Assembly (NCBI RefSeq): GCF_006345805.1
Contig: NC_042998.1
Coordinates: 177,134,001 to 177,198,000, forward strand
DNA length: 64,000 nt
Direction: 5' to 3'
From: Octopus sinensis
Taxonomy: Eukaryota
Shown: piece by piece, positions 12,926 to 24,612 of the stretch
How the letters are laid out: the number at the start of each line of letters is the position of its first letter
Numbering within the stretch: the stretch's first letter is position 1
The notes under the pieces: model-generated
Told to the model about the DNA's origin: nothing
Databases searched by the model: none
What the model saw: the letters and a program-made list of their open reading frames with translations, nothing else
Made by a program: the position numbers and the translations under genes

Positions 12926-13131
12926 TATGTGTGCGTGTATGCGTGTATGCGTGTGTGCGTGTATGCGTGTGTGCGTGTATGCGTGTGTGCGTGTATGCGT
13001 GTGCGCGTGTATGCGTGTGCGCGTGTGTATGTATAATACAACTACATGCATATATACACAGATATGTACATGTATAATAATAATATTGTGTGTACTGGGA
13101 CACCAAGTGTCGTTTTAACGACTTGTTTAAC

Positions 13132-13229
13132 CAGTTTCCAAGATCAGGCGAGCTTGGTTATCATCAATGAATTTTACTAATACTGAATGTAACAATGTCT
13201 TAGTAATTGCTTTTGTTATTGCCCAAAAA
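13132..13229 (-). CDS. Candidate exon of an unidentified host gene (FWAITKAITKTLLHSVLVKFIDDNQARLILET)
   Basis: Acceptor ttttttatctag, donor CTG|GTTAAA, 98 nt, only one open frame (phase 2 in, phase 1 out); non-repetitive island between microsatellites. Confidence 0.35.
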
Positions 13230-13369
13230 CTAGATAAAAAATAGCAACTAATTATATTTATGTATGTGTGTGTGTATATATATATACACACACACACATA
13301 TATATATATAAATCTTTGTATATACATACATGCACTTTCACTACTCTGTAATTATATGCCTGTCCGTCC

Positions 13370-13370
13370 G

Positions 13371-13458
<88 letters not shown>

Positions 13459-13508
13459 TATATATACATATACACATATTACATATATATGTATGTTAAT
13501 ATATATAA

Positions 13509-13547
<39 letters not shown>

Positions 13548-13620
13548 TATAAAGAATAAAGAAGAAAATAAAAAATAAAAAAAGAAAAGATATAATATAT
13601 ATATATATATATATATATAA
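13370..13620. repeat. (TCTA)n and (AT)n microsatellites
   Basis: Directly visible. Confidence 0.95.
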
Positions 13621-14334
13621 CTCACTGTTAGGAGAAGCTTCTCAGTTTTGTCATTAATGGTGCGAAACTGGTTGATAATTGGTTAATAACTGATGAAGAT
13701 TTAAGCACTTTCTGTGTCTTTTTTCCGTCCGTTTGTACACTCAATAGAGGTTTTTCCGTTCGCCTGTCATTCATCATACGCTTCTTTTTTTTTACTTTCG
13801 CTTGTGCATTTTTTCATTTAAGTAACGGAGCGCAACGCACCCTGTATTATTATCAGTAAGTTATTTATATATCAATGCAATTTCTATTTCTAGTCTTTTC
13901 TCTTTCTCCTTTTCCCCTTCTTCATCCATTTCCTTTTCTCTTCACGCTCTCTCTCAACGTCTTTCTCTTCTGCCTGCTGCTGGTAAGTGACCCATGGTTA
14001 GCCTTTCCTCCTCTCCCCTTTTTACACCGGACCTAAAGCTACTTGTTTCCTTTCCAATCCTTTAGGATCCCCCTCTAAGCGTTACCCATCATACGTTTTC
14101 TTTCAGCCCTACGGCTGTATTCTGTTCGTTTCTTATTCATTCTGTCTTTGTCCTTCGTCCATCGTCTTGAATTACATTTATTCACTTTCGTATGTCTACT
14201 TCTGTATCGCCTGTTATCCATGTATTGTTTGTTTTCGATCTAATATTCTCTGCAACTCGCGCGGGCACCGCCAGCATGGAGAGTATCTTGATCTTATCAA
14301 TTATTGGCGTGAAACTGAGAAATACCATATGGTT

Positions 14335-14690
14335 GATATTTTTCTATATTTATTTAATAATTAGTATAAGTTAAGATACGTACATTTATTCTATTATTAT
14401 TTCCTTATTATCATTATTAATTTAGACCTGATGACTGACTATAATTTTAAATAGAATTAATTTTAGTTCGATTTAAGTTTGAAATCGAAATGATTTTATT
14501 ATTATCATCTATTTGAAAGTATAGCCACGAAACGCGCGTAGTCTTTTTACTACTATTTACAATTTATTGTTTATGTACTTTATTGATTATTTAGAATAAG
14601 GTTTTTAAAGTATGTTTTCTATATGGTGTGAATAACGTCTTTCACTATTTAATTGTTTAACAGAAGTTTTCTCTAAATTATATATATATA
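14335..14690 (+). mobile_element. Second copy of the hammerhead-bearing pLTR-like repeat
   Basis: Aligns to 12140-12530 from tttttctatatttattt to tttctctaaattatata. Confidence 0.7.
14424..14544 (+). ncRNA. Type I hammerhead ribozyme motif with mutated stem II base
   Basis: agac-CTGATGA (14428-34)-ctgactata...tatagccac-GAAA (14529-32)-CGCGC-GTA-gtct; the G that opens stem II in copy 1 is C here. Confidence 0.65.
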
Positions 14691-14695
14691 TATAT

Positions 14696-14761
<66 letters not shown>

Positions 14762-14897
14762 GTATGTATGTAATATATATATAATATATTATATATATAT
14801 TCGCTCCGACATCCGAAATTCGGAGTTTTATCGTGGCTACCGAATAATTGTCACATATATTTATAGATATGTATATATATCATATATATATGCATTG

Positions 14898-15794
14898 CAT
14901 TTTGTGACGTCCTATGCCCACATATGCATATGTATATACGTATACATGTAAGTATGTACGTATACGTATACATGTAAGTATGTACGTATACGTATACATA
15001 TGACTGAACACCATGCGTCCTTTTCCAAGTAAGTTTCATCTTGATAATTCTGATGCAACTCTCTATTCTTCCTATTACCCGTTCGTTTTTTCTCTCTTCC
15101 TTTTTCCTATTCTTTTACCTCCTCTTCTCCCACTATTCTATCCTTTTACTCTTTCGTTTTCTCTCTTCCTTTCTCTTATTCTTTTACCTCTCCTTCTCCC
15201 CTCTTTCCTTTCTCTCTTATCCTATCTCCAAATATTTTCCTCTCCCCTTCACAGTTCTCTGTCTGTTACACTCCCTCCCTCACTCTACCTCCTTCGTTCA
15301 CGTGGCTCCTGCGTGACTATCGGCCATTTTTCTTTCTTCTCTTAACTTGTGTTTCTTTCTCTCCTCCTGTTGCAGCTGGACAAGAAAGACGTATTCTTGT
15401 CTGTCTCCTGTCCAAGCTTGTTTCTTCGCGTTCGCCACCACAGTCTCGTTTAGGTTTAGCAGCCCTTCCTGCTTTTTTAGACTGTTCTGTTTTTTGTCAC
15501 CAATTTTGACCCTCCGCAAAATCCCAAATTTGATTTAATTTGCTTTGCGGTAGCAACTGTTTTACCGAAGGCGTATCTTGTCGTGAAATGCTCGAAATAC
15601 TGATTAGAAAAATAGCCGACAACTCATGAAGGGTCGTTCTTTGTGCTGTTTGTCTTGTTCTCCATTTGTTGCTCGCAAAAAAGTTCATATTCTATGCCCT
15701 CTTACTTCGTAATTTTTGTTGTTTATGCATTGTGACGCCCTGTACCTACATATGCATATTTTTATACGTATACTTGTAAGTATGTATGTATACG

Positions 15795-15795
<1 letters not shown>
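14898..15795. repeat. ~70-bp direct repeats (14898-14975, 15727-15795) bracketing a pyrimidine-rich interior
   Basis: gcat..tgtgacgtcctatgcccacatatgcatat...tacgtatacatgtaagtatgtacgtatacgta versus gcattgtgacgccctgtacctacatatgcatat...tacgtatacttgtaagtatgtatgtatacgta. Confidence 0.7.
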
Positions 15796-15826
<31 letters not shown>

Positions 15827-15835
15827 TATATATAC

Positions 15836-16000
15836 GCGCAAGATTGGCCGTGTGGTAAGTAGCTTGCTTACCAACCACATGGTTCCGGGTTCGGTCCCAC
15901 TGCGTGGTACCTTGGACAAGTGTCTTCTACTATAGGCTCGGGCCGACCAAAGCCTTGTGAGTGTATTTGGTAGACGGAAACTGAAAGAAGCCCGTCGTAT
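15836..16000 (+). mobile_element. SINE family A, 5' half
   Basis: ggccgtgtggtaagtagcttgcttaccaaccacatggttccgggttcggtccc...gaaactgaaagaagcccgtcgtat. Confidence 0.9.
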
Positions 16001-17005
16001 ACATGTATTCACTTTGACAATTTTTGATATCTTGGCATTTGAAGCAGCTGGAGATACGATGGTTTAACTAAAAGAACTGACTATTGCAAGCAAAAATAAA
16101 TATTGTAAAAAAAAACGCATTCAGCCAAATTTGGACATACGATATTTTTTAACATAATAGCAACGGTTTGTGTGTGTGTGTATGTATGTATGTATGTATG
16201 TATGTATGTATGTATGTATGTATGTATGTATGTATGCATGTATGTGTATATGCGTGCGCATATAAAGTGTACCAATATACGTTTAGAACGTATTATAACG
16301 TTATACACATCAATTCTGTGTTTTAAACTTCAGCTATCAGCAAAGAAGCAATGGTATTAAGCCGATCGTATTAGAATACTTTTAATTCACTTTTTAAACA
16401 ATTTGCTTTGATAGTGAACTGTGTCAAAGTCTTAATCGTAGATGAAGGACGAAACATTGTGATAGCATTTTGAAATCTGGACCGACTAATGCGTTGTCTT
16501 CTTGAAAAAAAGTACACTCAGCTGGCAAAAGTAAGTATATCAAAAGACGGTTTAGCGTCATGTCTAGGAGTTAAATATACACGCCACAGAATCCGGAAAC
16601 TGGACTCATGAGCCTATGGCTCATGAAGGACCATTCGATCCTTTTATATATTCTTTTATTCTTTTACTTCTTTCAGTCATTTCACTGCGGCTATGCTGGA
16701 GCACTCATATGTTAATTCAATACAAAGATATACACATACAAAGATATACACATACACACAGACACATACATACACATATATGACTCATACTCACATATGC
16801 ACACATATACACATATTCACGCAGATACTTATATACAGTTGAAACCCTTATATGTGTGTTTTCGACAGTAATACGCTTACAATTAAAACTAAAAATGTAT
16901 CTAAATAATAATAATAATAATAATAATTATAATAATGATGATGATGATGATATTTGTTGTTGTGAATTTTCTTTCTCTTTTCCCCATTTATTATTTTTTT
17001 TTTTG

Positions 17006-17296
17006 CTTACTCTTTACTCTTTACTCCTTTTACTCTTCTACTTGTTTCAGTCATCTGAGTTCGGCCATGCTGGAGCACCGCCTTTAGTCGAGCATATCGA
17101 CCCCAGGACTTATTCTTTGCAAGCCTAGTACTTATTCTATCGGTCTCTTTTGCCGAACCGCTAAGTTACGGGGACGCAAACACACCAGCATCGGTTGTCA
17201 AGCGATGTTGGGGTGACAGACACAGACACACAAACACACACACACACACATACATATATATACATATACATATATGAGACGGGCTTCTTTTCAGTT
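17006..17296 (-). mobile_element. SINE family A, 5'-truncated
   Basis: Reverse complement of the 3' body and internal (CA) tract; (TTACTC)n tail at 17006-17040. Confidence 0.9.
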
Positions 17297-17309
17297 ATTA
17301 TTAGAAGTA

Positions 17310-18225
17310 GGAATGTCAGGCTTGTGTAGGATGAAAGATTGCAAAGATAAAGCACTATACAAGAAATTGAAAACGAATGAAACTGAAAATAGGTAGATAC
17401 AGAAACGAATGCATGGTCAATTTCATAGGGATGCTGAAGATAAGATAGACAAAGAAAAAAGATGAATGTGGATGACTAAAATTGATTTAAAACCGAAAAC
17501 GGATGCCCTAATTTGTACTATCCAAGAGCAATCACTAAGAACAAACTACATAAAATACAGAATAGACAACACATCAGAAAGTGATAAGTGCAGAATCTGT
17601 GGACAAAATGGTGAAACCGTGCCAATGTACGCCACTAGCCCAGAAGGAATATAAGAGAGCCATGACGAAGCTTGTCCATTGTACACTTTGCAACAAGTAT
17701 AGACTTGACAGAGCAAAAAATTGGTACGACCACAAACCTGAAAACAATGTCAAAAATAGAAATGCAAAGATCCTATGGGATTTCATAATTCAGAGCTGCC
17801 ATGAGATTGAGAATAGGAAGCCGGACATAGTCTTAATTGAGAAAGAAAACAAACTATGCTGGATCATAGACATACAATGCACAGCTGACAAAAATGTATG
17901 CGATAAGGAAGAAAGAAAAGTCGAGAGATATGACAGGTTAGCTTGGGAAGTTAAGCGGTTGTGGTCGATGAAGAAGGTAGCAGTAGTACCAGTAAATTGC
18001 CGGAGCCCTGGGAACAGTGAGCAAAAATCTCGAGAAGTACGGGGGACAAATAGGGGCTGCAATAAGAGTGGAGCACTTGCAAAAAAAGAGTACTGTTTGG
18101 AACCGCTCGAATACTCCGGAAGGTGCTCGACAAATTAAGAGGTGTTACCTTAGTTCACTGGTAGTGAACATCTGACACTGTAGTACATCTCGAGCGTTAG
18201 AAGCTGTGCAAAGCAACAATAATAA
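17310..18225 (+). mobile_element. R4/Dong-clade LINE 3' fragment (zinc knuckle and RLE domain), decayed
   Basis: Translates MHGQFHRD..., KCRICGQNGETV (CCHC), ILWDF..., RKPDIVLIEK...IIDI (PD..D nuclease), KVERYDRLA, ending GTARILRKVL; frameshifted; (AAT/GAT) tail. Confidence 0.9.
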
Positions 18226-18534
18226 TGATGATGATAGTAATTAAAGTTTTGTATTGTATTTTACTGGATCCAGTCACAAGATTGCAGCCATGTTGGGACA
18301 CCGTTTTCGATATAAATAGAAGAAAATTTCATTAATTTATTAGTAGAGAGATGGAAATTTAGTTATCAAACATTCAACAATAACAGCAAAAAATAAATTT
18401 CAATATATAATGTTGTTGAATCCTAACAAAATTCCTAATTTTACATATGAAATATTATATTCAGCCGTACACAATGAAATATCAAAACTATAAAATGACA
18501 CCACTGAAAAATAAGACGTAACCGAAATATTAAC

Positions 18535-18580
18535 AACAACAACAACAACAACAACAACAATAGTAATGATGATGATGATG

Positions 18581-18620
<40 letters not shown>

Positions 18621-18693
18621 TAATAATAATAATAATAGTAATAATAGTAATAATAATAATATCATCAATAATAATAATAATAATAATATCATC

Positions 18694-18731
<38 letters not shown>

Positions 18732-18861
18732 TAATAATAATAATAACAATAGTAATAATATCATTAATGATGATAATAATAATAATATAATAATAATAAT
18801 AATAACAATAGTAATAATAATAATATCATTAATAATAATAATAATAAAAATAATAATAATG

Positions 18862-18936
<75 letters not shown>

Positions 18937-18945
18937 TAAAATAAT
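18535..18945. repeat. (AAC)n/(AAT)n microsatellite
   Basis: Directly visible. Confidence 0.95.
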
Positions 18946-19362
18946 GATAGAGTTACACGACAAAGAATGATACTACATTAAATTGAACGTAAATTTCTAA
19001 ATTTAAGCTTAAATTGATTTTGCAGATAAATTTAGAACTAAGTAGTGAAAGCATGTCTAAAGAGAGAGTGGATAAAGAGTTGATAGTTGTATAAAATATA
19101 TTTTGCAGAACTCAATAGAAACATTGAATTGATAAATTAAATACATCAATTTTAATTAAATTATGTATGATATCTTAGCATGCAAACATGAAATGTTAAA
19201 AGAATGATTCAGAAATAAGAAATAATGTTTAAATGTATTAAATGTGTTTATTTTTGTTGCATATACAATACAATTTGTAGTTGGTAATTTTTAAGAAAAA
19301 ATGTTTAGATGATAAATAAATATTAAGTATAAAAATACAAACATATATATGTCAGTGCTTGT

Positions 19363-19770
<408 letters not shown>

Positions 19771-19929
19771 CATATATACGAAAAATTAAATCATAAAATA
19801 TGACAACAGCAATAATTATCAAGTTGCCATTTGAAAATACTGTTACGACAGACGAATGCAGACAGTGAGATAATCTCTTATATAACCGCTACAGTTGCAT
19901 GAAATCAACAATTCTCACTGAAACTGTAC

Positions 19930-20042
19930 CATTTTGACTTTGAGACGGAAGTCTTCATTATTAGATAATGTAGTATTAGCGACTTTCGAGAAGATTGGAT
20001 GGTGACGCCTGGAATGAATTTAATCAATGGTTTGCTTGAATA
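19930..20042 (-). CDS. Candidate exon (YSSKPLIKFIPGVTIQSSRKSLILHYLIMKTSVSKSK)
   Basis: Acceptor ttgtttaactttatttcaag (or internal ttccag) and AATG|GTACAG donor; two frames are open, so frame and boundaries are uncertain. Confidence 0.2.
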
Positions 20043-20269
20043 AACTTGAAATAAAGTTAAACAACATCAATAGACATGACTGTCTGACTGAGTAAATCTC
20101 TCTGCAACCTTTTGGTTTTGAGTAAAGCCTGTGTAACGTTTGTACATTAATGTGCTGAAGGTTTTCCTTCGTTTCCATTGGAAATCTTACTATTAGGTTT
20201 ATCAGTAATCAAAGTATTTCAATTAACCTAGCTGATCTACAAAGAATAGATTATCTGACGCAAAAATCC

Positions 20270-21320
20270 AGAAAACACCATTTTGCAAATAAAATGCATG
20301 ATCTAAGGGCAAATATAGAATCCTCTACCCTCCAAGGAAATTTAGAAGAGGGTTGATTTAACTAAAACTCTTAAATAATAGGTCCACAATTGGTCTGCAG
20401 AAGTATTTAAACAAGTCCAGTGATTGGATGATGATATTCGTGAGAGCACATGACTCTCAGAAGATGTTTCATTCAGTGAACAAAAATGCTCAGAAATAAA
20501 GAGTGGAGATACACATTGCAGAAATAGAAATAGCTAACGGAGCTGACCTAATGCCAACAAAGACAGCCAAAATGCATTGGATGAAAGCAAAAACAGAAAG
20601 ACTTAAAACCTTGAAAGACAAATGGCAGCAGAAACCTCTCCACGACCAATATTCACTTCAATCCAAATCCAAGAAGTTGATGTAGACCAATCAAAAACCT
20701 ATCAGTGGCTGCGGAGTTCAGAGTTGGAGGCTGCGGAGTTCAGAGTTAAAGTAAACCTCGAGAGAGCCGAACAATTGTATGAACACAAGCCAGAGGGAGT
20801 AATGGAAAACGAACATTACAAAATACTCTGGGATTTTAACATACAGTGCAACCAAGTCATAGAGGCGAGACGGCTAGATATCGTGATCATCCATAAAGAT
20901 GAAACAGAAGCAAAGTTAATAGATGCTGCAATACCAGGTGATTCGAGGGTGAAATGTAAGGAAATAGAAAAGAGTGAGAAATACCAGCCACTGCGGGACG
21001 AGATATGAAAGTTATGGGGTGTGAGTGTAGTAATGGTGATACCGGTGGTAATTGGAGCATTAGGAGCAGTTTCCAAGAGCTTTGAGAAACATATTAAGAA
21101 TAGTGGAGTTGCTGTCAGGCTCGAAGTGATCCAGAAGACAGCATTGTTGGGTACAGCTCGCATTCTAAAGAGAGTGTTGTCTCCTTGAGTCAGAGGAGAA
21201 GACACTACTTGAAACCTTTGGTGATTTGTTATTGCCTACTTTCAAGTAAAGAACAACCGCAAATAGAACAGTGAGAATCAAAACAACAACAACAATAATA
21301 ATGATGATGATGATGATGAT
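20270..21320 (+). mobile_element. R4/Dong-clade LINE 3' fragment, internally deleted
   Basis: KWQQKPLHDQY, VDQSKTYQWLRSSEL, then ILWDFNIQCNQVIEARRLDIVIIHK...LIDAAIPGD...KYQPL, VIGALGAV, IQKTALLGTARILKRVL; the CCHC segment is missing; (AAC/AAT/GAT) tail. Confidence 0.88.
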
Positions 21321-22019
21321 GTTGATAATTAACGGAACCCGTAAGAAAATCAGGTAAAAGAACAGTGGACGGATAATCATAAATACTATAAAATAGTATG
21401 CAACACCCCTCCAAAAACATACAAGAATAAACTCATATTCTAAATACCCAACAAAATGAACAAAACCCACAACCCGACAACCTGCGCTACACAAACAACA
21501 CACAAAATAAAAACTAATACAACAGAAGACTCAAACAAAACCCATAACAAAACGTACTGATACAATATCACCCCCCCCTCCAAAAAATGCACCCCACCAG
21601 CACAAAGGTGCAACAAATGATGCAACAATGTCGAAAAATAACAGTTATGATGATGATGGTGACGAAGGTTACGTTACCTCAGTTTATGAGACAGGAGTTT
21701 TCGAAGAACTCTGATTGTAACAGCGAAAATGAAGCTGGACCTTTAAGGAGAGGCCTCTCGATCGGCAGTGGATCAGTAAAGATGCAGACTGACAACAGCT
21801 GTCATCCGAATACCTTATCGGCAGACAATAGGGAAAGGAGGAGGACGTTGACAAGCGAAGAAAACAGGATAGTGATGCAGTGCTACTTAGAAAGTGAACT
21901 TAAAAGAAGGGGGTTATAGAAAACAGATGTCAACACTTTGGGTAGATTAGGGTATGTTTAAGGTGACTGAGCAAAGATTAGTTGATCAAGCTATTGCTAT
22001 TAGGAGAAGAAAGTGAATG

Positions 22020-24612
22020 TTAGTTAGTTAGTTAATTGCAAAAAGCAAGGCCATGTAGGGGGACATGGAGTTATGTACAGGGTGGTGTTCATGTAAAGAG
22101 TTCAGGCTACTTGTGGTCAAGAGAAACTTTGAACCGAGCGGTCGTCGGCATCTTCACCATCTCGTCCGGCTTATTCCATGGATCCGCAACCCGGACGGAG
22201 AAAGCCTCTCTCCTTCGATTGAGATGAAATCGTCGCAGATAGAGCTTTTCGGAATGACCCCGCAGCCGACGCTCTGGAGCAGGAGTGAAGAACAGCTCTT
22301 TCGAGAGGTTACACTTTCCGCTTATGATGTTGTGAGCAAGAATGAGATCACCACGGCGTCGTCGTTTTTCTAGAGAATAAAGGTCGAGCGTCTTCAGCCT
22401 TTCTTCATAAGACAAATTCTTGAGACCAAGAACCATGCGGGTAGCCAGCTTCTGGACTCTTTCGAGATGCTGTATGTCTTTGAGGAGATAAGGAGAAGAG
22501 GCTTGAATCCCGTACACCAATATGAGTCTCACCAGCGTGACATAGAGCGGTAGGAATATGGCTGCTGTGAGCATTCCGAATGACCATCGAATCAAGAACA
22601 GAACTCCGCGTGCTTTTTTGGCAGCATGGACGCACTGGGCCGAAGGCGAAAAGGAAGAATCCACCAAGATACCCAGGTCCCTTACCTGATCGGTCCTCTT
22701 CAGCAGCAGATCTGAGAGGAAGGCACCAACCCATCGTACAATATCCGGATGGAAACTATATGCTTGAAGCTTGACAAGTAATAGGTGGTGGTTTACCGAG
22801 TCAAAAGCTTTGGCAAAGTCCAATAAAACGATGTCAACAGCATCACGATCATCGAGGATGCGCGTCACCAATTCTTCCATTATCAGTAAGTTGGTCAAGC
22901 ATGATCTCTTCGGCACGAAGCCGTGTTGGGAATCAGAGATAGAGCCTGTGTTTTGGAGGTGGAGCATCATACTTTTCTTAAGGATGGTTTCGAACATCTT
23001 GCTGATTATTGATGTAAGGGAAACCGGTCGGTAGTTAAGCGGGTCTTCGCGGCTCTCTTTCTTGAAAATTGGGCAGATTATCGCTGTTCTCTAGTCCGCA
23101 TGTATAACACCCGTCGCCAATGACATATTGAATAGACGTGTTAAGGGCATGCAGATGAGCGGAGCCAACGCTTTGATAACCCTTGGGTGTATGCCGTCAG
23201 GGCGGTGACCCTTGTTGATATCGAGGCCTTGAATAACGTGTTCGACTTCGTCCCGCGTGATGACCAATCGAAGCATTGGAGGTACCGATCTATCAAATGG
23301 AGGGGGTTCACGACCATCATCTTGTTTGAAAATAGTTGAAAAAGCCTCGGCAAATAATTGACTCTGTTGATAAGGGTCCTCAATCGATACGCCTGTTGAG
23401 TCTACCAACGTTGCAATTTGGTTGTTCAAGCGGGAATTCCGTTGGACATGGGCAAAGAAGGTTTTTGGATTGCTACTGGCGTTTGCCGCGATTCTGTATT
23501 CATATCTGAAGTGTTCTTCCTTTTCAATTTTCACGGCTCGGTCTCGTTAAGTTTTGTACACCTCAAAAGCTGCAGTCGAATCCAGATTTTTGAATTCAGC
23601 CCAAGCAATATCTCTGAGTCGAAGTTCTCGTTTAACCTTCTTCGTCACCCAGGGCTTGTGTTTCTTCTTCTTGGGAAGCCCAACGGGAACTGCTTGGTCT
23701 GTCAACCAGATTACATATGCTTTGAGGGACGACCATAGTTCGTCAATTGAAGACAACATCATCAGGGATCGCCAGTCCAGAAGCGCGGAAGCCTCGGTTA
23801 GAATTTCAAGATTAATTAGATAGAAGACTCTACGTGGCAGCGAAGTAGTCGTGGGCATAGAAAAAGTTGTGTGCATGACGAACTTCAGGACCGCATGATC
23901 ACTCTTGGCAAGAGAGGCGCACACAGATACGTCTAACACTGATCTTGGATAGCGGGAGAATACCAGATCCAGCATAGATGGCTGCTGCCCAGACCGATGC
24001 CTTGTCGGATATTCAACATGTTGCGATAGAAAACAATCTTCAGCCACGTCAAGAAGGGCCTGGCCGAACCGGGAAGATGATGTACAAATTGATGCGGGCC
24101 AATCGATCGTGGGAGCGTTGAAGTCTCCTAATATCAAACAGTCATGAGAGGCTGAAACGAATCTTATCGCTTCGAGAAAATGAGCATCGTCCTGGGGGTT
24201 GGCAAGAGGCGGCCTGTAGACAGCTAACACGGGCAGGCAAAACCCGGATAGGCTCAGCTTGCAATAGATGGCATCGAATTTTGTTGTAGGTTGAGCATTA
24301 GTGGGTAGAATACCGCTGGACGGTTTGAGATCAGATTTAACATACACAGCAACACTTCCACCTCGCCTTTTTTCTCTGTCACATCTGAAGAGGGCGTAGC
24401 CCTGTAGGTGGATTTCCGAGTTCTTTACTGCTGGAGTCAGTCAAGTCTCGGTGATAGCTATCACATCAGGGGAATCACGTATGGCCAGTGTAAATAGTTC
24501 GCTGAACTTTGGAAATAAGGAGCACGAGTTGGTATAGACGATGCTGAGCTGTGAAGTTTGAGGGGCGGGAATTGGGGAACAAGCAGAATAAGGGGTATCA
24601 GAGATAGCATCG
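22020..24612 (-). mobile_element. CR1-like LINE ORF2 (APE endonuclease and RT), 5'-truncated, catalytic RT segment deleted
   Basis: APE motifs YTNSCSL, DVIAITET*L, RCDR..RGG, ILGDFNAP, LDLVF, SDH; RT motifs GPDGIHP-like, YRPVSLTS, QHGF..RSCLTNL, LDFAKAFDSVNH, DLG; C-terminus SYEERLK..RRRRGDLI; (TAAC)n tail at 22020-22034. No PQG or YADD motif (deletion near 22712). Confidence 0.92.

Noticed and set aside
16437-16460. gatgaaggacgaaac, hammerhead-like
   Set aside because: The core lacks CU and there is no room for stem II.
21330-21620. Strongly G-poor stretch suggesting a NUMT or hyper-deaminated DNA
   Set aside because: No mitochondrial protein or RNA motif is recognisable; the neighbouring A/C-rich Dong subfamily has the same strand bias, so a decayed LINE segment is simpler.
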